Shown: positions 50,963 through 64,000, numbered from the stretch's first letter. The stretch is DNA of 64,000 nt from Octopus sinensis (GCF_006345805.1 NC_043007.1:28024001-28088000), one strand, 5' to 3'. Notes: generated by a model from the letters alone, not told the origin. Numbers and translations are program-made.

Positions 50963-51007
50963 GGTGGTGGTGGTGGTGATGGTGGAGTTGGTGGGGGATG
51001 GTGTTGG

Positions 51008-51038
<31 letters not shown>

Positions 51039-51800
51039 GGTGGTGGTGATGGTGGAGTTGGTGGGGGATGGTGTTGGTGTTGTTGTTGGTGGTGGTGGTG
51101 GTTGTGGTGGTGGTGGTGATGGTGGAGTTGGTGGGGGATGGTGTTGGTGTTGTTGTTGGTGGTGGTGGTGGTGGTGGTGGTGGTGGTGATGGTGGAGTTG
51201 GTGGGGGATGGTGTTGGTGTTGTTGTTGGTGGTGGTGGTGGTTGTGGTGGTGGTGGTGGCAGCGGTGGCGGTGATGGTGGTGGTGGTGGTGGTGATGATG
51301 ATGATGGTGGTAGTGGTGGTGATAATGATGATGGTGACGGTGGTGGTGGTGGTGCTGCTGCTCTACTGCTGCTGCTGATGATGAGCATCATCATCATCAT
51401 AACCATGACGTTAGTGGGAGTGGTAGGGGTGATGGTAGTAGTGATGATCAAGAAGATGTGGATGATGATAATTATGACGATTATGATGATGATGGTGGTG
51501 GCGGCGGTAGTGTTGGTGGTGGTGCTGGTGCTGCTGTTGCTGCTGCTGACGATGATGATGATGATGATGATGATGGAGAGGTAGAGAATGATTGGTGATG
51601 ATGATGAGATGGCGGATTGGTGACGACGTCTATGAAGATAATAATGATAGAGACGATGAAGACGACACGACGATGGCGACGACGACCACGATCACGACGA
51701 TGATAATGGTGGTTGTGGTGGTGGTGGTGGTGCTGGTGGTGGTGGTGGTGGTGGTGACAACAACGACGACAATGTCGATATATTCTACTAATCATCATCA
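50870..51800. repeat. (GGT)n/(GTT)n/(GAT)n array with a 70-bp higher-order unit x4
   Basis: GGTGGAGTTGGTGGGGGA at 50981, 51051, 51121 and 51191. Confidence 0.92.
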
Positions 51801-51948
51801 TCGTCGTCATCATCAGAAGCAGCAGTATTAGCAGCATTGTTTGCGGTGATGAAAATGACATTCATAATATATATTGTTAGGGGAGCACATAACAGAAAAC
51901 GTTTTTACTCAACAGCAACATAAACAAGAAGAACATTATTAAAATGAC

Positions 51949-52320
51949 TCAGTGGAGTGACCGTAGATGAGAGCAGAAATCCAGACGGCTGACGTCGAAT
52001 TTCCTCCATCGGACCAACTTGGAGTTCAGGTCCCTAGTTCTGAAAGTTCTCAGAACTCCTTTGGTTATTTGCCTGCACATTGCCGCTGTCTTAGAGATGT
52101 GTACATGAAACTTATCAAATTCCTTTGTCGAATCGAGACGTACCACATCCACGTTTGAGAAATTCGTAAGTGGATTCAGTAACCAGACATAATATTGCAG
52201 GATCAGTGAAAGGCAGCTTGTTCCTATCTGGAAGCCATTTTGGGTGTTAGGGAACGAGTCATTATCTTCTAGGAATGTGATCTGCTTCTTCCTCACAATT
52301 CGCTTTTGATTGTTAACATC
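51949..52320 (-). mobile_element. CR1/L2-type LINE RT remnant with internal deletion
   Basis: RIVRKKQITFLEDNDSFPNTQNGF..SCL..ILQYY..NVDVVRLDSTKEFDK (QHGF and LDF.KAFD motifs) fused to ILRTFRTRD...LDFCS.L.S-like C-terminal sequence. Confidence 0.8.
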
Positions 52321-52395
52321 TGAGTTTAGAGAGAAACGCCTTTGATTTTTAGCATCTACGATGCTTTTCCTTTTACGGTCAGGACATGTTACGCT

Positions 52396-52917
<522 letters not shown>

Positions 52918-53384
52918 CTACAAAATATGAAACAAAAGCAAGCTATAAAACTATGTTATGAATTTTCATTTTACAACATATATTTTTTACCAAAATAAAA
53001 CAAAAGCACTATTATGGCATTCCATTATGAAATATTGTGCTTGGTGTACAAAGTGAATAATATAGACTTATCTAGGTTCCTGGACAGGAATAGTTTAGTA
53101 ACCTTTCCATTATTCAACCAGCAGCGTATACGCTAATGGCTGATGTAATATATTCTCGCATGGAACTAAGTTAATACGCTCGTATATTTTCAAACTTGTA
53201 ATTATACTTACACACACATAGACACAGGCATATACAATCACATACATATAAGTATACATTTATGAATATATGTACGTACGAATATACTTACACACACATA
53301 CATATATATACACACACATATACATACATCATCATTATTATTATATTATTATATTATTATTATTATAATTATTATTATAATATA

Positions 53385-53427
<43 letters not shown>

Positions 53428-53592
53428 ATATATGTATGTATATAAGTGTATAAGTACATGTACATTTATCTCCATTGGAATATATAATTACCAATCCATT
53501 TCTTGATATATGTAAATTCATACATAAAGACAGACACGCATGTATTTGTAAATCTGTATACATACATGCATATATATGCATATGCGTATATA

Positions 53593-53643
<51 letters not shown>

Positions 53644-54489
53644 CACATATGGAACTACCGTTGTATATATGTTCCGTTCCATATATACAACGGTAAATAT
53701 ATGATTATAGATATAATATATATAATTATATATTTACTTATGCTTTAGATTACAGAGGATCAATGAGTGATCGATGTACATCAAAGTGAGGCACGCCACA
53801 AATTGGCCAGACTACAAGGCGCAAAACAGTGCTATGATAATTAATCCATTATCATAGCACAGAATTCATTGACGAACAGAAGTTCACAGTTGTTTTGTAA
53901 TCTGCATTTACAAATGTCCTGAAGTATCCACAGAGGAATGGAACCTTAACCGTGACGTAAAAATATGATAAAAATAGAAGAAAGATTTATCTGGTATTTC
54001 TACAGCTGTTCCGTGGAGATTTTGTATTGTGACGTAATCCTTGTACAAGTATAGTGAGGTATGCAACATGCATACAGTCCTAAGGTTACGTAACAGGTTA
54101 CGCATATCCTAACTCATCAGGCGACCTGATAAAGAAGTCAACAGTGACATGTTGGTTGATCAGCATGTCACTGGGAAACACAAGACAAGCGAAGGTTTGA
54201 AACTATATCATGTAAGCAAAAGAAATATTATTGTTCATACTCGTTGCACAAAAGAAATAACTTTACGATTACTCGATTTAGATTTTTAAAGGTCTGTTAC
54301 AAATCCTAAATTCTGTTAGTAGAAACATCATGCTTCATCTGATATTTGTGACATTTTGGGTTTATGTGTGTATGTGTGCGTACGCGCGTGTATATGTTTG
54401 TATCCTTTCGGCAGGTCTTGTCTTTAGTGTATGTGTGTGTATGTGCGCGTGTATATGTTTGTATCCTTTTGACAGGTCTTGTCTTTAGT

Positions 54490-54900
54490 CCTGATTTGTT
54501 TCTTGCAACCCTCTTCAGCAAGAAATCCTAGTCGGAGTACCGTTTTACACGCCGACGACCTGACGATGCAACAGATTGTACTAGATTCCATATTACCAAC
54601 AGCGCCCATGAGAGACCTCAGAAATTCTGGGTTCGTGTCCCGGCTTACTGGAAGACCACCGAGAGAGCGGCACCCCTTAGCTCTTGTTAAAGCGTTTCTC
54701 TAAGAGAAAGTCACTCGGATATAAAAGCAGATATGCAGGGAATAGCACTGGACATTTTGGGGATCTTTTGCTTGTGCTCGAGATCATGGAGATACCACAT
54801 TCTTGAGCATGTGACTCATATTAGCACTGAATATTTTGTCCAGGCCTGTCTTTGAAAAATATTAGCAGGGTGGAGATGCTATGCAAGCCTTATTGAACCT
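54490..54900 (+). mobile_element. Possible LINE RT remnant
   Basis: TVLHADDLT (YADD-like) and downstream LSRPVFEKY (RP.LEY-like); heavily decayed. Confidence 0.4.
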
Positions 54901-55591
54901 AAAATGCTAGCTTGAACAATACCCGTCGAGGCAACTGTCCGATGCCTGGTCGAGTTGAAGGGCACCGCCGCAAGCATGGATCATAGTAGGTAACGTCTTA
55001 GACGTCAACATAAATTTGAACAATTCGTAATTTTGCTCTAATCACAGACAAAATGAAACCATTAACTACATAAACAAACTATTTAATCATCTTAATGTTA
55101 TCATAGATAATAAAGTAAGAAGCACTTATATAAATTTATCTAAATCCGGCCAATAAAGAAATATTTATCAAACTACCATTTATTATAATGATGCTCTTCC
55201 TAATATTGGTTTTACGGAAAATATAAAATTTCTATAACAAAATACAAAACCTACAACGAAATAGAAATATAACGAGGAAAAACGAACTCGAAAATTAATG
55301 CGTTTCCAATATGACAATTAAAACAGCGAGAGAAGAGGTATTTTCGACATTATAAAATAATTATTTCTAGTCTCTACAGAAGTAGTAAAGAATCTTGAGT
55401 CCAAGATCGCCGTGAGATAAAATGGTGATGAATCAAGAAGAGATGGCGAGACACTGATATTGTCGATGTCCTTGGAGTTGAATCGGGGCGTTCGTTTCTG
55501 AGTTCAAAGTCGGCTTCTCCTTTGATCTTTTACTAATATCTTTCTCACTCACACTTCCTCATTATCTCTCATGACGTATATATATATATAT

Positions 55592-55659
<68 letters not shown>

Positions 55660-55764
55660 GGAATGGTCATATTGCCAGTTTAGCCATAAAAACACACGCA
55701 CTATATATTTGGTGTTATTTTGCTTCAGTGATATTTATCTTTTACATTAATCTAATCTTATTTC

Positions 55765-55805
55765 GGCAGAGTTCTTTCGTCACACTCCTGTGACCGCATC
55801 AGTGG
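55765..55805 (-). ncRNA. Hammerhead-like variant at the putative PLE 3' end
   Basis: CTGATGC-G-GTCACA(ggag)TGTGAC-GAAA: 6-bp stem II, A9C change, about 550 bp downstream of the PLE on the same strand. Confidence 0.4.
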
Positions 55806-56167
55806 TCCTTTGTTTTCTTCTTTCGTATTTGTGTCTCTCCTTACTAACCGTCAGCCATTTTGTATTTCTATTGTATGTCTTCATTTGCGCATGCTTATAT
55901 CTCTATGTGCGTCTATGTTTATTTAGTGTGTGTGGGGGGATGCCTGTAATTTTGTATCTTCTGTTTATATACATTCATGTAATTTGTATTTTGTTTTTGT
56001 TGTTGTTGCTTTGTTCTATTTTGTTCATGTGTTTACATCCACCCATTATTATCATTACATATGCTTGTATGTATGATCACAACAATATTAGTAATAATAA
56101 TAATAAATCTAATCGAAAAAAATAAAATATATATATATATACATATACACATATATATACACATATG

Positions 56168-56244
<77 letters not shown>

Positions 56245-56334
56245 ATATATACATATACATACATAGATATATATAATATATATAGTTATTTCATTTCCAT
56301 TTGTTTATTTATCTGTGTATTTATTTATATGGTT

Positions 56335-57180
56335 CGGGCTCCTCTATCGTCATATGTTGTGGTGTGTGCTATTGCTCCATTCTAGTTTTCTATTCAGGCT
56401 AGGTTTATTTTCTATTATATGTTGTAGCTTCTGTAATTTGTCTAATTGTTGCATCTGTTCTATGTGTGGACAATATCTTAATCTCTATGTTATTGATTGA
56501 TCCCCCGCGTTCCTGTTCGGCGTGTTGGTACAGAATCGATGAGCTTTTACCTTCCTTGAGTTGTCTCCAATGTTCATTCACCCGCTCTCCTATGCTTCTT
56601 GCCGTTTCTTCTACGTATGTTATTGTCTGTTACTGCATCGTCCCTCTATACATCTTATACTATAGACTACATTTCTGGCTTTACAGTTGTTTGTGGGCTA
56701 AATCTACATACAGTGCAATAGTTATCCGTACAGAGGGTTCTACTAAAAGATAGGTTCTACCAATTATAGATTTGATAGGGTTGCCTGGCTTTTCAACAAC
56801 CTTAATTCTTAGTTTTAAGTTTATCTAGGGTCCTTCTAAAGCGGTACGCCAGTTCACCTCCAGGGGTGGTGTCAACGAACATGACACTCTGGTATTTATG
56901 GCTATCATACCAAGAGTTGGCCTTCCCTATTTTCTTTTTTGTCCTTTCTATAGTGTTCCATGACTTGTTCCTATAGAGTGGCAAATTCATTCCTATCATT
57001 ATATATATATTATCAAATTTCTTCATGGCTCCTGTATACTCTGATCCTTTCTTTATGGCTGTAACCTGAGAACTGCATGCGGTGAATGAAATACTGTAGG
57101 TGTCTCTTTAATTCTGTTGGCTCGCACATGCGTGACACATTTCTCATTATTCTGACGAGGTCTTTGCCATCAAAATATTG
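56335..57180 (-). mobile_element. Penelope-like element: RT thumb/linker plus GIY-YIG endonuclease remnant
   Basis: RMQFSGYS...VMFVDTTPGGELA...KVVEKPG...NCKARNVVYSIRCIEGRC..TYVEETARSIGERVNEHW...ILYQH...RQITEA...[10 protein letters not shown]; stops and frameshifts present. Confidence 0.9.
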
Positions 57181-57189
57181 AATTTGGCA

Positions 57190-57208
57190 TATATATACAT
57201 ATATATAT

Positions 57209-57254
<46 letters not shown>

Positions 57255-57627
57255 CTGAAGTTGTCTGTGTATGGCAGGTTTGGTAGCCTTCAACTAACAC
57301 TATCTCCTCCGAGACCCTACAACGCAAGTTGACCAACATTGAGAGTATGATAGAAGGCTTGCTCTTCCATCTGTAGAAGAAAAAATTTTAATCGGACCAT
57401 GCTAACACCAAAAATTATTTACATCAAAAAGGTGCTTTTTTTCTATGAAAATCCCTATTTTTTACGATTTTTTGACTGCTGTTGTCGCCATTTCTCGGTG
57501 TATTTCAACCAGAAAAATATTCACTTAAAGAGAATAACAAGCTACATAATGCAAAATTTTTACTTTTCAAAAATTCCAATTCTAAAGGCTGGGAACAAAC
57601 CCAAGCAACGCCGGGCGATACTGCGAG
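57190..57627 (+). mobile_element. Non-autonomous Helitron, third body type
   Basis: 5' end lies in (TA)n followed by GCTGAAGTTGTCTG; 3' end CCAAGCAACGCCGGGCGATACTGCGAG|T (CTAG mutated to CGAG). Confidence 0.75.
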
Positions 57628-57644
57628 TACATATATATACTAGT

Positions 57645-58280
57645 AAGGTCTCACAGAATGATAGCAGCAACAAATGGCATTCTGAATGTGCCATCAAAAC
57701 CCTGGAAAAGAGACAGAATTTTAATGTGATCAGTATTTATCAGGTAATAAACTAATTCAGATGTTAAATTGATGCCAAAGACATCAATGTCAGCGTTTTA
57801 GTAGACTTGGAGTCAACTAACCAACAAAATTTCTCGATTATCTTCAACCGTTCTTCCACGCAATCTGAAAGTGCAAGTCGGTGTGTTCCCGTTACGTTGC
57901 TACGAAATTTGAACGACACAAAACTCTGTAACGATGCAAGAGTAACAGTCAAAATTCTTATACTACATATCATTGAAGCTACCCAAGATGATTCATTGCA
58001 TCAAGTGAGATGCTTTCATTCTACATTTCCCTTCGCCCATCACATATATTATTTCAATGCAAACGCTCACAGTTTCTAGAGCTACTGTTTTTCTGTGCAA
58101 TCAAGAAGCGTGAGGAACAGACTGTCACGGTAAATGGCGATAAACTAAGAAGACCGTGTTTCTTTAATGGTCAGCTCTGTGTAGTATACTCACGTGTCTT
58201 GAACCAACCTGATTTATTTTCATCAGAGCATCAAAATAGCAGAACAAGAATTGTTGTCAATACCAGACTCTTGCTGAATA
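57645..58280 (+). mobile_element. Helitron RepHel Pif1-family helicase C-terminal remnant
   Basis: VPVTLLRNLNDTKLCNDARVTVKIL.LHIIEAT...QF.....AIKK.EEQT...LRRPCFFNGQLCVVYSRV corresponds to LLRNL...LCNGTRL...QFP..AF.MTI.K.QGQT...CFSHGQLYVA.SRV. Confidence 0.85.
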
Positions 58281-59048
58281 AAAATTTCTTTCTTTCGGTA
58301 TTGGTTCTGTTTTATATGTTGCATATCAATTTATCAATGCTAGGAAACATGTAAAATATGGCATAGAAATAATAAGATAGTATTGAAACACACTCTCGAA
58401 GTTTTCACACATCACAGAATCCTAGAAGAAATCCAAGTTAACAGATGTATCTGCATCACAATCAAAGTATATTCGAACAATTATTTCATGAAAAAACCAC
58501 TCTATAGAAATTTGCTTCAGATCGCTTAGCTGCAGGAAAATTATCTTACATACTCCCTCATCCGGGCAAAGCAGGCTAGCTGAACTAGATTTTAGTAGAA
58601 GCAGCATAAAATTCTTGTATTCAACTATACTAAAGTTTGGCAATATACTTGTATCTTCAAACACAAACAAAACCAATATAGCACCAAATAATACGGTCGA
58701 TATTAATTTTAACCATAGAAACACCAATATATGCCTCATGGAACCTATTTCTCTACCCAAATATATTGTTTGTAAAGTAATAGTAAAAACAGGTGATGCA
58801 GAAAATATATAGGACCCTCGCCAAACCCATTTAAGTTGCGCTGTTATCCACATATGGATGTCTATTGTGTAATATTAATGTACACCTTAATATTTCTACA
58901 TATATATATGGGATCGTGAAACACGCAACAGGTTCAACAAACTCCATTATATGTTTTCAACAAACTGAAACCATGTCTTAAATTTAATTTAAAATTTAAT
59001 CTAACATATATGGCATAGGGGTGGCTGTGTGGTAAGAAGCTTGCTTCC

Positions 59049-60130
59049 GCGCATGCGTGTGTCAGTGTTTTCTTTACACTGAGAGGAGTCACGACGCTGG
59101 TGTGCAGCGTCGTGAATGATTGAACTAGTGAAGCTCAACTGCAAGGTAAGACTTTTGTTTTTTTGGATTCAGTGGGGGTTTGTTGTTTGTTGTTTATTTT
59201 TTTATTTTCAAGCAAGAAATTCTCACTGGATTCCGGGCATTTGTCTGCCTGCAGTTGGACATAAGTATCTCACTTAGCGGTGAGAAGTAAATTGTTTTCG
59301 GGGCGTATCTCGCCTCCAAAAATTGTGAATGTTGTTTTTGTGTTCCTGTTGCTGTGTTCCTGCTACTATTTGGTCGGCTTGCTGTACCAGTGGCCGGAAG
59401 ACTTGGGGGCGCATTCCACTTCCAAATATTGTGAAATTTTTAACAATATTTTATCAATTTATGAGAGATATTTGTGAAGCTTTGTTCCAGTTGTGTTCCT
59501 GTTGCTATACCAGTTGGCCGGAAGTACCAGTTGGCCGAGAGTACCACTTGGCCGGAAGATTGAAGTCGCTATGTTTTGAACTGTTTTCTTTCTTTCTTCC
59601 TTCTTTCCTTTTTTGTGTTTTAATTTTTTGACATTTTTGTATGACCTTTTCTTCTTCCAAAACATGGCAGAAAAAAACAAACACTGTGTTGGAGTGGTAG
59701 ATTGTCCCACCAAAACAGTGGTTAAAAGACTGAGAGGAAAGGACGGTTGTGTTGAGGACATATTCAAAGTCACTTGGCACCATCACCGTCTTTCCCAAAG
59801 TCGAAATAGAGAAGGAGTTGGCAGAGTATCTGTCAACTATAAAGTTTATTTCTAGGGGTGTCAAGTATGCAACGGTATGTCTGCTATTTGGTAACTCTGA
59901 GGTGACTCGCAAATTTGCGAGCCAGCTCTTGTGGGGCCAGGAGATCCTGTTTCCTCCCACATATTGTGGAAAGAAGTTGACAAGAGCTTGGGTCTGTGGG
60001 TTGCCAACTGGATGGAACCAGAAGAAGAAGAAGGAGAGTCTCAATGACTGAAACTGGTACTGAAATGTTTCTTTATAAAATTATTTTAGCATTTTCTACC
60101 TTGACTTTTTCCATATATATATGTTCCTTT
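59049..60130 (+). mobile_element. ORF1-only LINE-like element with structured 5' end, inserted in a SINE A head
   Basis: ORF from ATG near 59664 (MAEKNKH...) frameshifts into ...FISRGVKYATVCLLFGNS...PTYCGKKLTRAWVCGLP, alignable to the 5604-5999 frame; (TA)n tail; SINE A head at 59012-59048 ends abruptly at the junction. Confidence 0.6.
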
Positions 60131-60151
60131 CCAACCTTCTACATATATTTT

Positions 60152-60211
<60 letters not shown>

Positions 60212-60523
60212 TAAATTAGAGATAAAACCACTACTCCCTAATATTATTATATATATATATATATATATGTGTATTCATTTATTTATTTATTTATTTACAC
60301 ATGGTTGACCAAGAGTCACCTGGCAGTAAATCAAAACCATTTAATTCCAAGATTTATATATGTTTAACAAATGAATGAATCTGATGAAAAGCATCTAAAC
60401 ATGAAACGTCATGAAAATTGTTCAATCCGAAGTCTTTGTTGAACGTCACATTTTTCCATTCGACTCAATACAGAATTACAGGTAGTATTTATGGAATTTT
60501 GATTTACTGACTTTTGGCCAAAC

Positions 60524-60568
<45 letters not shown>

Positions 60569-62544
60569 TGTTTTTACATCCACACATATGTGTATGCATA
60601 CAACATGTTATTATGTTAAACAAACCTGCATCTATAGTTCTTATCGGTATCCAGTAGATTAATATATTCGATGTCCCTCAGACCAGCTGTTCTGGTCATT
60701 GCATATTAGCGCAAGTTACTCTGTAATACGCTCCAGGGAGCAGAGAACTATATTCTCAAAAATTCTTTGGAATACGCTATAAGCCATAGAATGAAATGAG
60801 CTTAAGAATAAGAGTGAGCCAACTCGTTCATAAATAAGTTGGCTAGAAATTTTTGATTTCAGCATCGGAAAACATATCAGGTAATCCACTGTCCTTCATC
60901 AATTTTCAAGTCAGAAATCGTACTTCGTTTTAACATGTCGGCATGGTTCAAATTTCATATTAAACAACTATAAAAATTAAGCTCTTAACATAGCAGATGT
61001 AACTTCATGCTAGCTACGCTAGTTATGTAACTAAAAATCAAAACCTCCACTCGATGGTTTTTTTTTTTTTTTGGTCTATACAAAACAAATCGTATAAAAT
61101 CTAACCAATAGATTCAAATGTGTATTGAATACATGTATTTATTCACTTATGCTAAAGGAAATCAATATCTGGTCTGAGCTTTCAGATACACCTGTAGCTC
61201 TTATTCGGAATAATGGTGGATGACATTGCGCCGTTAGTGTATTAGTGTGGGTTAACTGAAAATTATTTAGTGAGAATACGATAGAAATGATTTATTACCA
61301 ACATCTTATAAAAGCGTCCGATATTGCTGGAGTTAGTGAGAAAGCAGTGAATTAGATGATAGAAAAGTATAAACGTCCATATTTATGTTAGCACATTCCG
61401 AATAAGCTCAAACACAAATCCACACTTACACACACACACACAAACCCATATATATACAAATATATATATAAACACATACATACGCACTTACACTCATATA
61501 TATATATTATATTATATTATATTATATATTATATCATATTATATTGTGTTGTATTATATATATTTATATGATGTTATATTATAGTATATAATATTTATAT
61601 ATATTATATGGTGCTTTGTTTTGCGTGTGTTCATTTATGGATATTTGTGCAAATCTTTTTCCTGGTTGATATTTGTTTGTAAAATATTGGTTCATGTTAT
61701 ATTATGAGTAATGTGTCTGTCGTGGTCCCTCGTTGTTTGTCATATATTTTCATAGAACAGTTTTTAACATATATCCACATTGATATATCATATTATCGGG
61801 ATTAATAATAGCTATAGAAACTTTTCAAAATGGGGAATTTTTACAAGAAGAGAAAACAAAACATACAAAATATAGGAAATAAAATTATATAAAAAAATAT
61901 ATTAAAAAAATAAGTGATTTGTAAGCAATTGAAAATAAGTGTTTTGCGAACGAATAGTTCTATTTATTCTGACTTTATCAACACTTCCCATAAAAGAATA
62001 ATTGAAAACAACATTGAGAGTGAAACTTTTGCCAAGTAGATTAATACTTTTCCTACCTGTATTGTTGATACAACTGTGAACAAAAAAATGGATTCTATAA
62101 CACTTTTGTTTTGACTTTGAATGCAATTTTAGAATGTACAAAACAAAACTGAATAACCTCGCTGTGTACGACACAGTGTTTCGCCTTTGCGATCATTGGC
62201 TGCATTTCAAAAGTCTGAAGCAGAACAAAAGAGAAACGGTAGGAATCAATGACTTACCTAGCATGCTTATGGAATTAAATGCTGAGTGTAAACCAAGATG
62301 AAAGCCACTAAAATGCGACCTCGTGTAATGTAACAGAACGTTGGGTAATTCCAGTCGTCGAAAACTAATGCGAACATGGATTCATGTTTTACAAATGGAA
62401 TCGTTTGACGAATGATATGATAAAGAGTCTGTCGTCACTTAGGAATTCGTTCATTCATTCCGTATCCGATTTCTTGAAGTAGATAGAATGCTTTTGGTTA
62501 GAAAGAATACATATAGCAGTGCTTGGACTCAAACGGGCTACACA

Positions 62545-62640
62545 ATGATGAGGATGATGATGATGATGATGATGATGAAAATAATAATAATAATAATAAA
62601 AATAATGATGATGATGATGATAATGATGATAATAATGATG

Positions 62641-62702
<62 letters not shown>

Positions 62703-62720
62703 TATAATTATAATTATAAT
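62545..62720. repeat. (GAT)n/(AAT)n microsatellite
   Basis: Directly visible. Confidence 0.95.
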
Positions 62721-62979
62721 CTTTTGTACTCTAGGCACAAGGCCCGAAATTTTGAGGAGAGGGGCCAATCTTCCCCTTAAAACTGCTAGCCTTGTACCGA
62801 AATTAGAAAATAATCTTCATTCTTGCACATGTTTGTTTGTTTTATTTGTTTGTTCGAACTTTTCGAATGAATGAATTTATCTGCTGCCGATCCTGATTCT
62901 ATTGCCAGTTGTTTGTTGCTGGGTTTCAGTCCCAGATCAGCACTGATTTGATAGATTCATGATCGAATTTAGTTTAAAC

Positions 62980-63448
62980 GTGTTGTTGTTGTTTGTGCCT
63001 TCTCGAGCCATACCTGGATGATAAGGGCCGGTTTCCCGGTTTCATTGGCATATAGGTTCCCCTCCTGAAGGGGACGTCGGCCCATCACAGCTGAGCTGCT
63101 AGATACAGGAGGAAAGAGTGAGAGAAAGTTGTGGCAAAAGAGTCAGCAGAAGTTCGCCATTACCTTCTGCTGGAGCCGCGTGGAGCTTAGGTGTTTCGCT
63201 CATAAACACATACATCGCCCGGTCTGAGATTCGAACCAGCGATCCCTCGACCGCGAGTCCGCTTCTTTAACCACTAGGCCATGTGCCTCTACTCGCCCGG
63301 TCTGAGATTCGAATCCCCGATCCCTCGACCGCGAGTCCGCTGCTTTAACCACTAGGCCATATGCCTCTACTCGCCCGGACTGAGATATGAATCCGTGATC
63401 CCTCGACTGCAAGCTCACTCCTCTAAGCACTAGGCCAGGTGCCTCCAC
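62980..63448 (-). mobile_element. tRNA-derived SINE with triplicated 78-bp head and (AAC)n tail
   Basis: Units at 63215, 63293 and 63371, each with A box TGGCCTAGTGG and B box G(G)TTCGAATC. Confidence 0.88.
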
Positions 63449-64000
63449 AATTTAACCATGGCTTTCCGTTACCATTCAGACACTGGTACATTACCTAACA
63501 TGATTTACCTTTTCTAAAGCAGAAATATAAAATTTGACGGCGATTTCATTCATTGCTATGTCTAGCATGAAGAGCAATCGCATAGAGTTTCTCACGTCGA
63601 CACGTATTTCAGAAAGATGAACTGAGATATCAAAAGTCACTGAAAGCACTCAGTTTTATTCAAGGTGGTGAATGATAAAATTGATATGAAACGGATATTA
63701 GCGTTTACGTGATAAAATCATATTACTAAAATGGAAATAGTAATTAGAATGTATTTTCTCGTAGCGTAGCAGACTGCATCGATATGCAAATGGTATAAAT
63801 TGAACTGGAAATAAAAGCAGAAGAGAGACATTTTGGTGTGATTTCTGGTGAAGTATATTGAAATATTTCTTCTCTTGGTTATGTGTATCTGAAAAGTTCT
63901 CAACACCAATGGCCATGTCTCTAAATTTCTTCAAATAAGATACGACGATTGCTTTGATCCAGTTGCCTTAGGTTGTGTCATACTGGCAGTTTCTTATAAG

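Noticed and set aside
50810-51451. 213-aa Pro/Thr/His-rich ORF (formin- or extensin-like appearance)
   Set aside because: It lies entirely within the (GGT)n array and is open in several frames on both strands.
54090-54180. CTGATGAG (minus) and CTGATAA...stem...GGAAAC (plus) as ribozymes
   Set aside because: The first lacks GAAA; the second has a 9-nt insertion and a mutated core.
58422-58853. 143-aa minus-strand ORF
   Set aside because: No recognisable motif or homology, and this length is attainable by chance in 64 kb.
60377-60414. CTGATGA...GAAAC-GTC hammerhead-like string
   Set aside because: No stem II and only 2 bp of stem I; within chance expectation.
63215-63448. Tandem tRNA genes
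   Set aside because: No proper acceptor or anticodon stems, and the units run into a SINE body, so they are SINE heads.
63718-63830. Minus-strand acceptor plus IDAVCY peptide resembling the 43827 exon
   Set aside because: Similarity is loose, no matching donor was found and the frame stops soon after.

Overview
AT-rich, microsatellite-saturated eukaryotic non-coding DNA, most consistent with an Octopus (coleoid cephalopod) genome. That assignment is an inference from the SINE, LINE and microsatellite repertoire. There is one 100-N scaffold gap at 17408-17507. No complete protein-coding gene is supported, and most six-frame ORFs are translated microsatellites. The window holds many copies of at least three tRNA-derived SINE families (working labels A, B, D), some as fixed-junction concatemers. 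It also holds decayed Tc1/mariner, R4/Dong-like, CR1-like and ORF1-only LINE remnants, three Penelope-like GIY-YIG remnants, several Helitrons (non-autonomous copies plus a Pif1 helicase remnant) and a Helentron-type element. The most notable signals are: (i) minimal type I hammerhead ribozyme motifs, twice arranged as divergent pairs (25040-25125 and 35221-35727); (ii) two 42-bp inverted repeats enclosing microsatellites; (iii) an inverted duplication (about 42060-44100) carrying a splice-flanked, signal-peptide-like exon ending ...TDALKCY. All calls were made by eye, without database searches.
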